In this document: one piece after another, positions 19,052 through 28,759 of the stretch
Layout of the letters: each line of letters opens with the position of its first letter
Numbering within the stretch: position 1 is the stretch's first letter
NCBI GenBank assembly: GCA_965552055.1
Contig: CBEVQO010000001.1
Span: forward strand, 256,001 to 320,000
From: an uncultured bacterium
Lineage (GTDB): Bacteria > Hydrothermota > UBA3073 > NMUJ01 > CBEVQO01
DNA length: 64,000 nucleotides
Direction of reading: 5' to 3'
The notes under the pieces: generated by a model
Told to the model about the DNA's origin: nothing
The model's input: only the letters and a program-made list of their open reading frames with translations
Database searches by the model: none
Made by a program: the position numbers and the translations under genes

Positions 19052-20022
19052 AGTCCGCTCCTTATTACTCTATAATTTTTGTCCTCTTTTACAAAATTAA
19101 TTTCGCAAATTTTTCCATAAATCTCTTTTTCTTTTAATATTTTAACCTTTGAACCTTCTTTTATAAATTTAATCAACTTTTTATGTTTGCCAAAGGGAGC
19201 AAATTCAAATTTAGTTTCAGGAGCATATATTATTGACTCAATTTCGAAACTTTCAGGAGGAAAATGTATCTCTCCGTCATCGGGAATATACCTTGAAAGA
19301 CAAACAAAATACTCCCCTTTTCTATTTAAAAGTCCTTTAATTTCGGATGGCACATCAATTATCTCCGTTGCAAACTGATTATAGCCCGCACTCTTTTCCC
19401 CTCCTATCCCTGTATCTGCCAGATATTTTAAAAGAGGTTCAAAATAACCCTTATCATACAGTGTTCTTAAAATAAAATATAATTCGAAATTCCTGTTTAA
19501 CATTATATACCGCTTAAAAAATAATTTCCCTTCTTCTGTACTATGTTTCAATCTATTAATCTCATTGCGGATTACAATTCCTGTTGTCATTAATCTATCT
19601 TTTATCTCTCCTAAACTCACTATTCCTTTATCTTCGTTTAAATTTTCTTCCGTTTTAAATTCTTTTAGAGTTTTTTCGCCATTTTCGATAAACTTTCTCC
19701 AGAAAGACACGCTCCAGTATTTCGCTTTTTTAAATTCTTTCCATTTCTCATCTTTCCCCTGCAATATGCCCATAAACAATTTAATAACTCCAGCACATAC
19801 AGGAAAAGTAAAAACTTGTTTTTTATAAACCGGAAAAGATGAACTGACACAGAATATTTTTTCACCATTTATAAATGCGTTTATCACTTTGTTTAATTCA
19901 TTTTCTCCATAAATGAACCTTATTGCCCACATTAAAGCACCAAACAGGGTATCGGAGTGGGGAAAATCTTTTATAAAACCTTTTGGCTTTAGATAGACAA
20001 TATAATCGTTATAATTCTTCAT
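19027..20022 (-). CDS. csm4: Type III-A RAMP Csm4
   Basis: HSDTLFGAL, SSSFP, GIGGEKSAGY, EGS. Confidence 0.9.
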   Translation of the reverse strand: MKNYNDYIVYLKPKGFIKDFPHSDTLFGALMWAIRFIYGENELNKVINAFINGEKIFCVSSSFPVYKKQVFTFPVCAGVIKLFMGILQGKDEKWKEFKKAKYWSVSFWRKFIENGEKTLKEFKTEENLNEDKGIVSLGEIKDRLMTTGIVIRNEINRLKHSTEEGKLFFKRYIMLNRNFELYFILRTLYDKGYFEPLLKYLADTGIGGEKSAGYNQFATEIIDVPSEIKGLLNRKGEYFVCLSRYIPDDGEIHFPPESFEIESIIYAPETKFEFAPFGKHKKLIKFIKEGSKVKILKEKEIYGKICEINFVKEDKNYRVIRSGLCLPLFIQ

Positions 20023-20783
20023 TTTGAGATTTTCTCAAGTATTTTTAGCAGATTTTCTTTTATTTTCTCCGGTGGTTCTTCAAGTTTTTCGTTATCACCT
20101 TTTACAAAAATTTCCTCTTCTGGAACATTTTTTTGATAATATTCTTTTTTTCTGAAAGTAACCCTTACACCTATAAATGAAATTTTACCGTATCCTCTGG
20201 TACCTGAGCCTCCGAGATACGAATCTTGCAGTAATCTCATGCCTTCAAAAACTACAGGTAGAAGGTCTTCTACATCGTTTTCTGTAAAGACATCAAATAT
20301 CATTTCAAATTCAAATTCAGAACCTTTTGGTACTCTCTCCATTGCTCGAGGATTTGCTCTCGCTGTTATCCGATTTATCGTATTTTCCCATTTTATTTCG
20401 GTAAATATGTCTTCCCCTAAATTTTCTTTCCATTCTTTAAGTGTATTGCGGGTAGGAAATGCATCGCGCACAATTAATCTCCCCGGTTCTTTTGATTTTT
20501 CTGCTGGTACACCAAAAACTTTGCAAATTTCACAATCTCCACATTTGCAAGGTTCACCTTTATTTTCTTGAACTTTATCGTATTTCCACTCTAATAAACT
20601 TCTCATTTTCCCTTTTAAAGACGAACCAGGAATGTAAGGATAACCCGTTAGCGGATCTTTTATCACAATGCTATCAACGTCTCCTATTTCTATTTTTTCA
20701 ACCGCTGAACCTATATGCAGTCCTGTCTCAGTCCTTATTTTTCCTTTTATTATTATTTTACCCAAAAAATTCAAAACACTCAT
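20019..20783 (-). CDS. csm3: Type III-A RAMP Csm3
   Basis: TGLHIG, GDVDSIVIKD (catalytic Asp kept), PYIPGSSLKGKMRSLLE, YLGGSGTRGYG. Confidence 0.95.
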   Translation of the reverse strand: MSVLNFLGKIIIKGKIRTETGLHIGSAVEKIEIGDVDSIVIKDPLTGYPYIPGSSLKGKMRSLLEWKYDKVQENKGEPCKCGDCEICKVFGVPAEKSKEPGRLIVRDAFPTRNTLKEWKENLGEDIFTEIKWENTINRITARANPRAMERVPKGSEFEFEMIFDVFTENDVEDLLPVVFEGMRLLQDSYLGGSGTRGYGKISFIGVRVTFRKKEYYQKNVPEEEIFVKGDNEKLEEPPEKIKENLLKILEKISK

Positions 20784-20791
20784 CGTTCCCC

Positions 20792-21286
20792 CTATTTTCC
20801 ATGGAATTTATGAAAAGCTATTATCGCTTCCATAAATTCTGTTAATTTTTCTTTATCTTTTTCCTCACAATTGTCTATTAAAGTCTGAGTAACCTCAAAG
20901 AACAAATCATCAATTACCCCCTTGCCTTTAGCATATGCGAGTAACGGCATCAGCCTCTGCAAATCATTTTTTATATCCGTCGAAGTTTTGGTCATACGCT
21001 TCAGTTCGTTAAAAAATTTTCTCAGTTGTCGCATCTTAATATCAGAACAATAAGCAACCATTTCGGCCAATCCATCAAGTCCCACTCTCACTTTTTCAGA
21101 AAGATTAAAAAAATCGCGGGCTTTGTTTTTTATGTATCTCTTAATATCCTCCTTGAGGTTTTTCTTTTCTCTTTGAAGTACTTGATTTTGTTGCTTTTGT
21201 TCGCGTTTATCAGTAATTTTTTTAATTTCTTCGTTTCTTCTTTTTATTTTTTTAAACTCTCTTTGCAACTTTTCAAACTCATTCAT
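20792..21286 (-). CDS. csm2: Type III-A small subunit Csm2
   Basis: QLRKFF, PLLAYAKG, FMEAIIAFHK; lies between cas10 and csm3. Confidence 0.9.
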   Translation of the reverse strand: MNEFEKLQREFKKIKRRNEEIKKITDKREQKQQNQVLQREKKNLKEDIKRYIKNKARDFFNLSEKVRVGLDGLAEMVAYCSDIKMRQLRKFFNELKRMTKTSTDIKNDLQRLMPLLAYAKGKGVIDDLFFEVTQTLIDNCEEKDKEKLTEFMEAIIAFHKFHGK

Positions 21287-23663
21287 GACCCCTCCTTGTT
21301 AGCATTAAAGTCCAGCATACGGGTATTTTTAAATATTTAAACATATTCAAAGCCTTTGTACTCGTCAGAAGGCACTCTTTTAACCTTTCTCTTACTTCTT
21401 CTTTAACATTCCTCACCAGATGATACAACGCAAGTGGCACAAATGCATGAAATCTGTTACCATCACCAAATATTTTCCTTGCTTTCAATAAGAAATAAAG
21501 TAAATTCCTTGAAATTTTCTTCTGCTCAATATTTTCTTTCATCTCAAGTGTAAAATCTTTTATTTTTAGTTCTTTAAATTCTTCCCATGTTATTGCAGCA
21601 TCAAACAATGTTAAGCGATTTTTCCCTTCCTCTTTGGAACGCATCAAAGCTCTGCCTGCCTCTTCTGATGCTAGCAACACTGGTAAATGTGGACGCTCAA
21701 ACACTATCCCGCACGAAATAGAGAAATCAGCACAACTGCAAAATTCTTTGAACTTATCGTTGAATTCAACAGCAAAATCAGGTAAACATGAAGCAGGTCC
21801 TATAAGCATAATATCATCACCTCCTGCAAAAACAAGATAAATAGCATTTTCCTCTTTCAACTTATAAAAATACTTTTTATCAAGCAAATCCGTATTTTTA
21901 CTGTATTCCTTACAGAATAAGTTAAGATAGCCCGAGAAGAAATAATCCAGAAATCTTATAAAGGTACAATAGGCGGATAAACGCAATTTCCTGCAAACTT
22001 CCCTCAATGTTATCCCAAGATTATCCATATCTATTTTTAAATACCCTATCTTCTTATCTCCCAAACTCATCTCCGAAATAGTATCAAGTGATAGAACAGT
22101 ATCTGGCGCTTCCTCAAAACCTTTCTCGTTTTTAAATTTTATATTTGCTATGGGTACAGCATTACCCACACAGTATATTCCAAAAATACCATCGGGTTTA
22201 TTTAAAGAAAGAACATCAATTACATCATCGTGCTTCAAAAATTCTTTAGCATCTCTTTTATCGCTCAAAAGATATACAACGCCAAATTTGTCAAATTTTA
22301 TTAATTTCACTCCGCCCTTAAGAGTCGCTCCTTTTACAGGATTTTTAGCAAAAACAATATAAGAGCATTTTGGTAGAAATGAACCTATTTCTTCAAATTG
22401 TTTGCATCTATCACATCTATCATCAACAACTGTTTTTTGCGGTAACTTACAAATAGGGCATTCGTTAACATCTTCTATCTGGAAGAAATTAGTATCTTTT
22501 ACTATCATCGAAAGTTTATTGCTTTTCCTCTCTTCTATCATCCTGCGTGCTTTCTCATCTGCTACCCTGAATTTGTCAGCAAGACCTCCGGAACCCTCCT
22601 CCATTCTTAATTCATAAGAAGAATAACCGACCACAAGAATAAGATTGCCATAAAACAAATACCATAACCATTCGTTAATTTCCTTTACAATTTCCTCTAA
22701 TTTGTTTACCGTATCTTCCTTTTTTGGAATCTCTATGATAAAATTACCACCTTTGGCAAACAACAAATTGGTAAGAGATAAATCAAATTCGTTAAGAATG
22801 TACCTTGCGAGTACATCCTGTAAAATCTGAAGATAAAAAGACCTGCCTCTCAACATTTTACTACCCTGATCAGCTTTTATCTCTTTTGTCTTTAATTGAC
22901 GGAAGACAAAATCCTGAATCCCTGACAGGTCGCCCACCACATGAAGCATTTCGGTGGCTCCTTCACAGTAAGCATCAGCTAACACAGCCGTGAGCTTTAA
23001 ATGGTCATAAAGTGAACATTGGGTTTTCTCCATAGAAGTAGAAGGAACAAAGGTCGCATACACCTCCAAAAAATGAAGAAACTGATTCGTGAAACGGTCT
23101 ATATCTTTTATACTCTTGATGTTTACACCATCTTGCACTACCTTGTTTTTAATCTGCATACACAAATTTTTATATTTCATTTCGGGATTTTCTGTTTTAT
23201 TTTCCAATGGAAAAATATTTTCCAGTTTAAGCACATCTATTTCGTATATGCACTGCTCACAGAAAGGAGAATAAAGCCAGTATTCTTCCTTTGACTTCTC
23301 TTCTGTCCTGTCAGTAGCAGCTGCTAATCTATCGGCATATTGTATAAATCTCATTGCATCTTGTAACTCTTCCTTTGTTTCACTCAACGGCAGATGATGT
23401 TTGCTAATTAAAATATCAAGGTCACTCTTTTCTTCTTCACTTAAGCATTCTATATATTGCTGGAAAAATTCGTAGAAATCTGCAGAATAAGCTGCATGTC
23501 TATGGGTATACTCACCTTTTTCATTTTCTGGACAAACAGCGGGTACGATTTCATTTTCGATTTCGACCCATGAATTCCTTTTAAATGCATATTTTCCGCG
23601 ATGGCTCATTTTCCCTATGTCGTGTAATAAGGCAGCGATGCGAACAAGTTTACGCATTCGCAT
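21279..23663 (-). CDS. cas10: Cas10/Csm1 with HD nuclease and intact cyclase palm
   Basis: ALLHDIGK, SLYDH, GDLSGIQDFVF, LRGRS, CPIC..CDRC, DMDNLG, FAGGDD. Confidence 0.95.
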   Translation of the reverse strand: MRMRKLVRIAALLHDIGKMSHRGKYAFKRNSWVEIENEIVPAVCPENEKGEYTHRHAAYSADFYEFFQQYIECLSEEEKSDLDILISKHHLPLSETKEELQDAMRFIQYADRLAAATDRTEEKSKEEYWLYSPFCEQCIYEIDVLKLENIFPLENKTENPEMKYKNLCMQIKNKVVQDGVNIKSIKDIDRFTNQFLHFLEVYATFVPSTSMEKTQCSLYDHLKLTAVLADAYCEGATEMLHVVGDLSGIQDFVFRQLKTKEIKADQGSKMLRGRSFYLQILQDVLARYILNEFDLSLTNLLFAKGGNFIIEIPKKEDTVNKLEEIVKEINEWLWYLFYGNLILVVGYSSYELRMEEGSGGLADKFRVADEKARRMIEERKSNKLSMIVKDTNFFQIEDVNECPICKLPQKTVVDDRCDRCKQFEEIGSFLPKCSYIVFAKNPVKGATLKGGVKLIKFDKFGVVYLLSDKRDAKEFLKHDDVIDVLSLNKPDGIFGIYCVGNAVPIANIKFKNEKGFEEAPDTVLSLDTISEMSLGDKKIGYLKIDMDNLGITLREVCRKLRLSAYCTFIRFLDYFFSGYLNLFCKEYSKNTDLLDKKYFYKLKEENAIYLVFAGGDDIMLIGPASCLPDFAVEFNDKFKEFCSCADFSISCGIVFERPHLPVLLASEEAGRALMRSKEEGKNRLTLFDAAITWEEFKELKIKDFTLEMKENIEQKKISRNLLYFLLKARKIFGDGNRFHAFVPLALYHLVRNVKEEVRERLKECLLTSTKALNMFKYLKIPVCWTLMLTRRGHE

Positions 23664-23668
23664 CATAA

Positions 23669-23695
23669 ATTATATGTCCACAGAAGGGTTGTCAA
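23669..23695 (-). promoter_or_regulatory. cas10 operon promoter TTGACA-N15-TATAAT, ATG 5 nt downstream
   Basis: Exact hexamers; no room for an SD. Confidence 0.75.
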
Positions 23696-23702
23696 GAAAA
23701 AA

Positions 23703-24632
23703 TCAGGGTAAAATTTCTATTTTGTATTTGCCGTGACCAAAAGAGGTTGCCTTACCCACATGAATATACTCCCCCGCTCTGAGATAAGGTAAAAATGGTG
23801 ACAAATCGCCCTCAAAACCCATCTCCCCTACAAATCCACCGAGTTTCATATCCATCCTCTGACGCTTCGAATATCTAACCAGTTCCTTCCATTTTAAATT
23901 ACGGAATGTAAGATTGACCCCCTTTGCTTTTTCAAGTAAATACGAGGGTATTTGCCACTCCTCTCCACAATATTGCAATGACAACAAATATAACCTGCGT
24001 AATAAGTTTCGGATAAATAAAGGAAAATCCATCTTTTCGGATTCCATCAAAATTTGTTTTTGAAATTTTATCCTGATTGGTGTTAAAAATTTTATCCGCA
24101 ATTTTTTGACATCCTCCTCCAGAAAATCTTTAAATGTATAGAGAAGTAATTTATCGGGAATAAACGGACTCTTTCTTTCGTATGCCACAAGTGCTTTGTT
24201 TTGCTTCACATTTTCAACACTTTCTACACTAAAAGTTATTTTCTCCCTCAATATCCCCCTATTACCCATATCTTCGAACACGCAAATAAAATAAGGAAGA
24301 AATTTGATAGCATCGCCTATCAGTATCAATTTAAGCTGTAAAATATCACCAGCACTTATCACTCCGGTGTAAGAGGGAAGTTCCATTACAAAAGGCTGGG
24401 GTAAATGCTTTACTTTTTCACCTGTACACGCTTCGAAAATATAAGAATAAACACAGTGCTTTCTCAAAATACAATTTTCGCACTCGGTTTTTCTGATGCA
24501 GACAAGTTTTTTAAAACAGGAACCAAAAATTCCACGCAATAAACTACCTGTAAATTTTGTTAAATCTAAATCTTTAAATATGCGGAGATAAAAATTGAAA
24601 ACAGCGAATCTAAATTTTTTCGGCACATCCAC
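23703..24632 (-). CDS. cas6: Cas6 crRNA-processing endoribonuclease
   Basis: GSLLRGIFG, C..CENCIL..HCVYSYIFE, C-terminal HVGKATSFGHG; start set at GTG 24632, 5 nt after TTGACA-N15-TAAATT (24638-24664); the longer track ORF runs through CRISPR repeats. Confidence 0.9.
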   Translation of the reverse strand: MDVPKKFRFAVFNFYLRIFKDLDLTKFTGSLLRGIFGSCFKKLVCIRKTECENCILRKHCVYSYIFEACTGEKVKHLPQPFVMELPSYTGVISAGDILQLKLILIGDAIKFLPYFICVFEDMGNRGILREKITFSVESVENVKQNKALVAYERKSPFIPDKLLLYTFKDFLEEDVKKLRIKFLTPIRIKFQKQILMESEKMDFPLFIRNLLRRLYLLSLQYCGEEWQIPSYLLEKAKGVNLTFRNLKWKELVRYSKRQRMDMKLGGFVGEMGFEGDLSPFLPYLRAGEYIHVGKATSFGHGKYKIEILP

Positions 24633-24729
24633 ATTTAAATTTAATGCAGATAAAAGAATGTCAAGATTTAAACATATTAGAAAAATTACAATTTTATGCA
24701 CAAAGAAAAACCTGTCCCTCCTATTAAGG

Positions 24730-25156
24730 CAGGCAATCCCCCTATTAAGGGTCAAAAACAGGCAAACATTTCGGCGGTGGATAGGTAAAGTTAAAATTGC
24801 AATCCCCCTATTAAGGGTCAAAAACTGTGTTATCCGCTTCAGTAATCGAAACGAGATAGACATTGCAATCCCCCTATTAAGGGTCAAAAACACGATTTGC
24901 ATTTAAAATATCGTTGTCCATTAGATAGTTGCAATCCCCCTATTAAGGGTCAAAAACATTATGGAAGGCCTGAGCACAGTTGCTAAAAAGCTAGGTTGCA
25001 ATCCCCCTATTAAGGGTCAAAAACGAGGCAAAGATGAGAGTCATGGAAATTTGGAAGAAGTTGCAATCCCCCTATTAAGGGTCAAAAACCTATTATGAAA
25101 CACAAAAAGAAAGTTGTTTTATTCGCGTTGCAATCCCCCTATTAAGGGTCAAAAAC
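24730..25156 (-). CRISPR. CRISPR array 1: 7 repeats, 6 spacers; 30-bp repeat GTTTTTGACCCTTAATAGGGGGATTGCAAC (minus strand)
   Basis: Repeats start at 24730 (degenerate), 24796, 24862, 24928, 24995, 25060, 25127; spacers 35-37 bp; degenerate end left, leader right. Confidence 0.97.
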
Positions 25157-25287
25157 CCGTTTTTCAAGGAGCTCTTTTTCATTATTTTATAATGATTTTT
25201 GCAAACTGTCAAGTCCATTTTTTGAAAAAATTCCGTGTCGACCCCCAATAGCCCTGAAACCCCAGGGGATCGACAACCCGCATCCAC
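25157..25287 (-). promoter_or_regulatory. Leader of CRISPR array 1
   Basis: AT-rich; TTGACA at 25212-25207 with a -10-like box; GTCGACCCC...GGGGATCGAC inverted motif typical of leaders. Confidence 0.75.
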
Positions 25288-26385
25288 TTAAATTATTTTT
25301 TCAAGTTCATCCTGAAGGAACCTTTTGTGTAAAAGATGTTCACATGTCGTTGTTAAAATCAGTTCAATTCCAATCTCCCCATCACTATAATTAATTTTTA
25401 TTTTCTCGGGAAGCTCATCCGAATATCTGTCTTTATGTATTTTTGTTTCGGTTCCCTTTTGCAGACGCTTTACTTCTATTTTTTTAATATATTTTGTTTT
25501 TTCCAGCTTTCTAATGAATTCCTTAAATCCCCGGGGACGATGATGACCCTCAATGCCTACCTCTTCGATTTCTCCATCGTATCCGGGAGGTCTTATTTTT
25601 GATTTTTCGTAATAATCTTCATTTCGTTTGTAAGCTTCCCAGTAGATGTATCCAAGAGCAGAAAGCCAGATTTTTCCTTCAACTTCATCGATGAGTGAAT
25701 GGATATCATCCAGTTTGCCTGTTTTCTTTACTATTTTTTCTTTTTCAAGCTCCTTTTTTGCAGCGAGCAATGCTATCGCTTCCCTGTATTTGTGTATGAT
25801 TTCTAAATCTATTGTCACTGGTGGACTAGGTAAGTCAATTATATATCCGAATCTTTCATGCATATAGAAAACGGGGACTTTGTGAACCTGACCGAAGGCA
25901 GAAGCATAAGATACCTGAGCTTTATATCCGCCTGTGGCATTTATTCCCCATGAGCCTTCTGTTTCCCTGCGTTTTATGAAAGCAAGTTTTTTCACAAGCT
26001 CTACCAGTCCTTTTCTTCTAAAGGTATCGGGGTCTGCATCGGTGAGCCCTTCTATTTTTAATATCTCAACCTTTGATTTCCATTTCTTTTCTATGTAACA
26101 CTTAAGAAACTTCCCTATAATCTCACCGTCAGAGGTATCTGAAACGAGAAGGTAAACTTTTTGAAGTTCTTTGATATACTTTTGCTCTAAAAGGGATTGT
26201 ATTGAGTTTATTTCTGCTCCCAGGATTTTTTCCGATGGTTCCAATCCTTTAAGGCAATGATATAACTTGTCGAATTCCCTGTTCTGAAGTAGAGACAACA
26301 AATCTCTTTTGCCCTCTCTTTCGAGATTTGTTTTGAAGCTTGTACCCACGGTTACGGCAAGCACTTTTAAATCGAAGCGCCACAT
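25288..26385 (-). CDS. APE2256-family CARF protein with winged helix and extra C-terminal domain
   Basis: VTVGTS, AEINSI, LLVSDT..G, INATGGYKAQ, FYMHERF..IDLP; own TTGACA-N15-TATAAT promoter 26402-26428. Confidence 0.85.
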   Translation of the reverse strand: MWRFDLKVLAVTVGTSFKTNLEREGKRDLLSLLQNREFDKLYHCLKGLEPSEKILGAEINSIQSLLEQKYIKELQKVYLLVSDTSDGEIIGKFLKCYIEKKWKSKVEILKIEGLTDADPDTFRRKGLVELVKKLAFIKRRETEGSWGINATGGYKAQVSYASAFGQVHKVPVFYMHERFGYIIDLPSPPVTIDLEIIHKYREAIALLAAKKELEKEKIVKKTGKLDDIHSLIDEVEGKIWLSALGYIYWEAYKRNEDYYEKSKIRPPGYDGEIEEVGIEGHHRPRGFKEFIRKLEKTKYIKKIEVKRLQKGTETKIHKDRYSDELPEKIKINYSDGEIGIELILTTTCEHLLHKRFLQDELEKII

Positions 26386-26441
26386 ACTCCCCCCTTCGCA
26401 TATTATACACCAAATAACTTATTGTCAAGAAAATCCAAAAA

Positions 26442-27394
26442 TTCCCAATCCCCAAAGAGGGTCTTCAACAGTATATTAAGGAGATACGGGTTAGCAACAT
26501 AAGAGTGTTTCAATCCCCCAAAGAGGGTCTTCAACTCAGAAAATCGTTTCGCTCAATGACATTAAACAATTGTTTCAATCCCCCAAAGAGGGTCCTCAAC
26601 GCACGGTATTCGCACCTTCCAAGTTAGCATACGCAAGTTTCAATCCCCCAAAGAGGGTCTTCAACGAAGAGAGAATGAGAACAGATAAAAAAGAGTTTCC
26701 AATGTTTCAATCCCCCAAAGAGGGTCTTCAACTTAACCTATACGCCGGGATTCAAGAAAACGAAAACGACGTTTCAATCCCCCAAAGAGGGTCTTCAACT
26801 TTAATCCAGAAATAGTCAAAATGGAAGAATACGCTAGTTTCAATCCCCCAAAGAGGGTCTTCAACACAACAAAACATCTTCGCGTTCATACAGCGCAACT
26901 TTGTTTCAATCCCCCAAAGAGGGTCTTCAACAAATAGTTAAAGGTCCCAACCTCGAACCTGAAGAAGGGTTTCAATCCCCCAAAGAGGGTCTTCAACGTG
27001 AGACCTGATGAGTTGTATTCTCTTGGGATATTGAGTTTCAATCCCCCAAAGAGGGTCTTCAACTAGGCAAAGAGGTAGTGGAATTTTTGATGAAAGACAA
27101 GTTTCAATCCCCCAAAGAGGGTCTTCAACAAAAGGAGGTATGATGAGTATGCTGTCACAAATACTAGTTTCAATCCCCCAAAGAGGGTCTTCAACTTAAA
27201 ACTGATGGAAAATTTTTAATAATTGCTAAAGAGTTTCAATCCCCCAAAGAGGGTCTTCAACAAAGATAAAATTTTATGCCCACCACGTAGATACAGAGTT
27301 TCAATCCCCCAAAGAGGGTCTTCAACTAAATTGTATGAAAGAGGCTTAGAATTTTTGAAGGCAAAGTTTCAATCCCCCAAAGAGGGTCTTCAAC
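26442..27394 (-). CRISPR. CRISPR array 2: 15 repeats, 14 spacers; 29-bp repeat GTTGAAGACCCTCTTTGGGGGATTGAAAC (minus strand)
   Basis: Repeats start at 26442 (degenerate), 26507, 26572, 26637, 26704, 26771, 26837, 26903, 26969, 27035, 27101, 27167, 27233, 27298, 27366. Confidence 0.97.
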
Positions 27395-27536
27395 CGCAAA
27401 AAATTTGTTATTATTCTTTAATTTAGGTATCATTTTATCAAAAATTTTTGTCAAACCTCCGGTTTCATTTTCAAAGAACTCACAATATAATTGATTTCAC
27501 CCATCATACATTATAACCTTATTCTGTGAATGTCAA
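27395..27536 (-). promoter_or_regulatory. Leader of CRISPR array 2 with TTGACA-N15-TATAAT promoter
   Basis: TGTCAA 27531-27536 and ATTATA 27510-27515, pointing into the array. Confidence 0.75.
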
Positions 27537-27591
27537 CCATTTTTAATTTCAAAATTTCATCACTAATAGATATGGCAATAAAAGAAATTGT

Positions 27592-28161
27592 TTAAATATT
27601 CTTAACTTTTGCAAATAACTGATGCTCGTAATTTTTCAAAACTATGCCCTCTTTATCACCATCCCTGTAATCGCTCCCTTTTAACAGCTCGTTAATCTTA
27701 TCCATCGTAAGATACCCCTTATAAAGAAGAGGAATTATGTGAATCTTCTCCAATCCTATCTTTTTAATCAACTTAACTGCATCCCGATAGGGTATAAATC
27801 TCTCTTTCTCCAGATCATAAACATCTATGAGGAAAAATTGATTTGTCCATTGTGGATAATATCTCAAAGTGTGAGGATAAAGAAATTCTCCATAAACTAT
27901 TATATCTTCCGGTAATTTATATAGGGAAGGATTTGTATAAACCCATTCCCAGAATATCCTGAACCAGGGTTTTGCATCCAGATTTTTGTCAGAAAGATAA
28001 CCCGAGCGTGAGCCACAGAGCAACACCCCCTTTATTTTCCTTATCTGGGTATTGGCTCCATCCAGCTTCTCATAAACTTCCAGAGGATAATTTAAAATCT
28101 CGGGAACATATTGCAACCTGTAAATCTTTGGATACCTTTTAAATGGATACTGTTCAGCCAT
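27592..28161 (-). CDS. RNA ligase-family nucleotidyltransferase (core domain only)
   Basis: YPKI, EKLDGAN (motif I), YGEF, LIDVYD, EGIVLK, FAKVK. Confidence 0.85.
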   Translation of the reverse strand: MAEQYPFKRYPKIYRLQYVPEILNYPLEVYEKLDGANTQIRKIKGVLLCGSRSGYLSDKNLDAKPWFRIFWEWVYTNPSLYKLPEDIIVYGEFLYPHTLRYYPQWTNQFFLIDVYDLEKERFIPYRDAVKLIKKIGLEKIHIIPLLYKGYLTMDKINELLKGSDYRDGDKEGIVLKNYEHQLFAKVKNI

Positions 28162-28232
28162 CACAATATTATTAGCATTTTTTGCGAATGTCAATTATTT
28201 TTATTGACAAATTCTTTTCACAATTATAATAA

Positions 28233-28703
28233 ATGATGAAAGACCTGCTGTATTTACTCCTAATCCTGCTTTCAATCAGGGTCTCTCCTTTTAGAGGCTT
28301 CTTGATAATAGTAAAAGGAGCAAAAACACTGGACAATTATGAATTTGCAGAAAAATATGTTGACTTTTACCTATACAAAGAGCTTTATAGGAGACTGGGA
28401 GACACTTTATCGGACCATGAATTACTTGAAAAAGCAAAAAAGGATAATATAATAGGACTCGACTTAACAGCAGTAAAAGAAGCACTTGCGACAATGAAAT
28501 TCTCCGAAGTGGAGATATGCAAAATGAGAAACGAAGCCATCATCGTAATACCTCTGGAAGAAAAATCAGACGAATTCTGGCCAGTTGACACCGTGTCCTT
28601 CCTTATCAGATTCTCTAAAGGTAGATGGAAATTAGTCTTGGGATACGGCGGATACGAAACCCTCATGCTAAACATCCTTTTCAGAAAATTCTGGGGCGAA
28701 TAA
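28233..28703 (+). CDS. Hypothetical, probably exported protein
   Basis: 156-aa ORF with hydrophobic N-terminus behind TTGACA-N15-TATAAT (28204-28230). Confidence 0.6.
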   Translation: MMKDLLYLLLILLSIRVSPFRGFLIIVKGAKTLDNYEFAEKYVDFYLYKELYRRLGDTLSDHELLEKAKKDNIIGLDLTAVKEALATMKFSEVEICKMRNEAIIVIPLEEKSDEFWPVDTVSFLIRFSKGRWKLVLGYGGYETLMLNILFRKFWGE

Positions 28704-28759
28704 ATCTGAAATAAAAGCAAAAATTTCTTGACTTTTTTGGAGTTTAAGTATAAAAAAGT

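Noticed and set aside
24633..24902. N-terminal extension of the 399-aa Cas6 ORF with repeated FLTLNRGIA
   Set aside because: It is translated CRISPR repeats; a promoter at 24638-24664 places the start at 24632
27064..27100. Spacer resembling queA around 45268-45291 (AGGCAAA....TAGTGGAATTTTT), possible self-targeting
   Set aside because: Only a 13-nt exact core with mismatched flanks in AT-rich sequence; consistent with chance
26570..27426. Short + strand ORFs with FQSPKEG/FNPPKRV repeats
   Set aside because: Reading frames through CRISPR array 2
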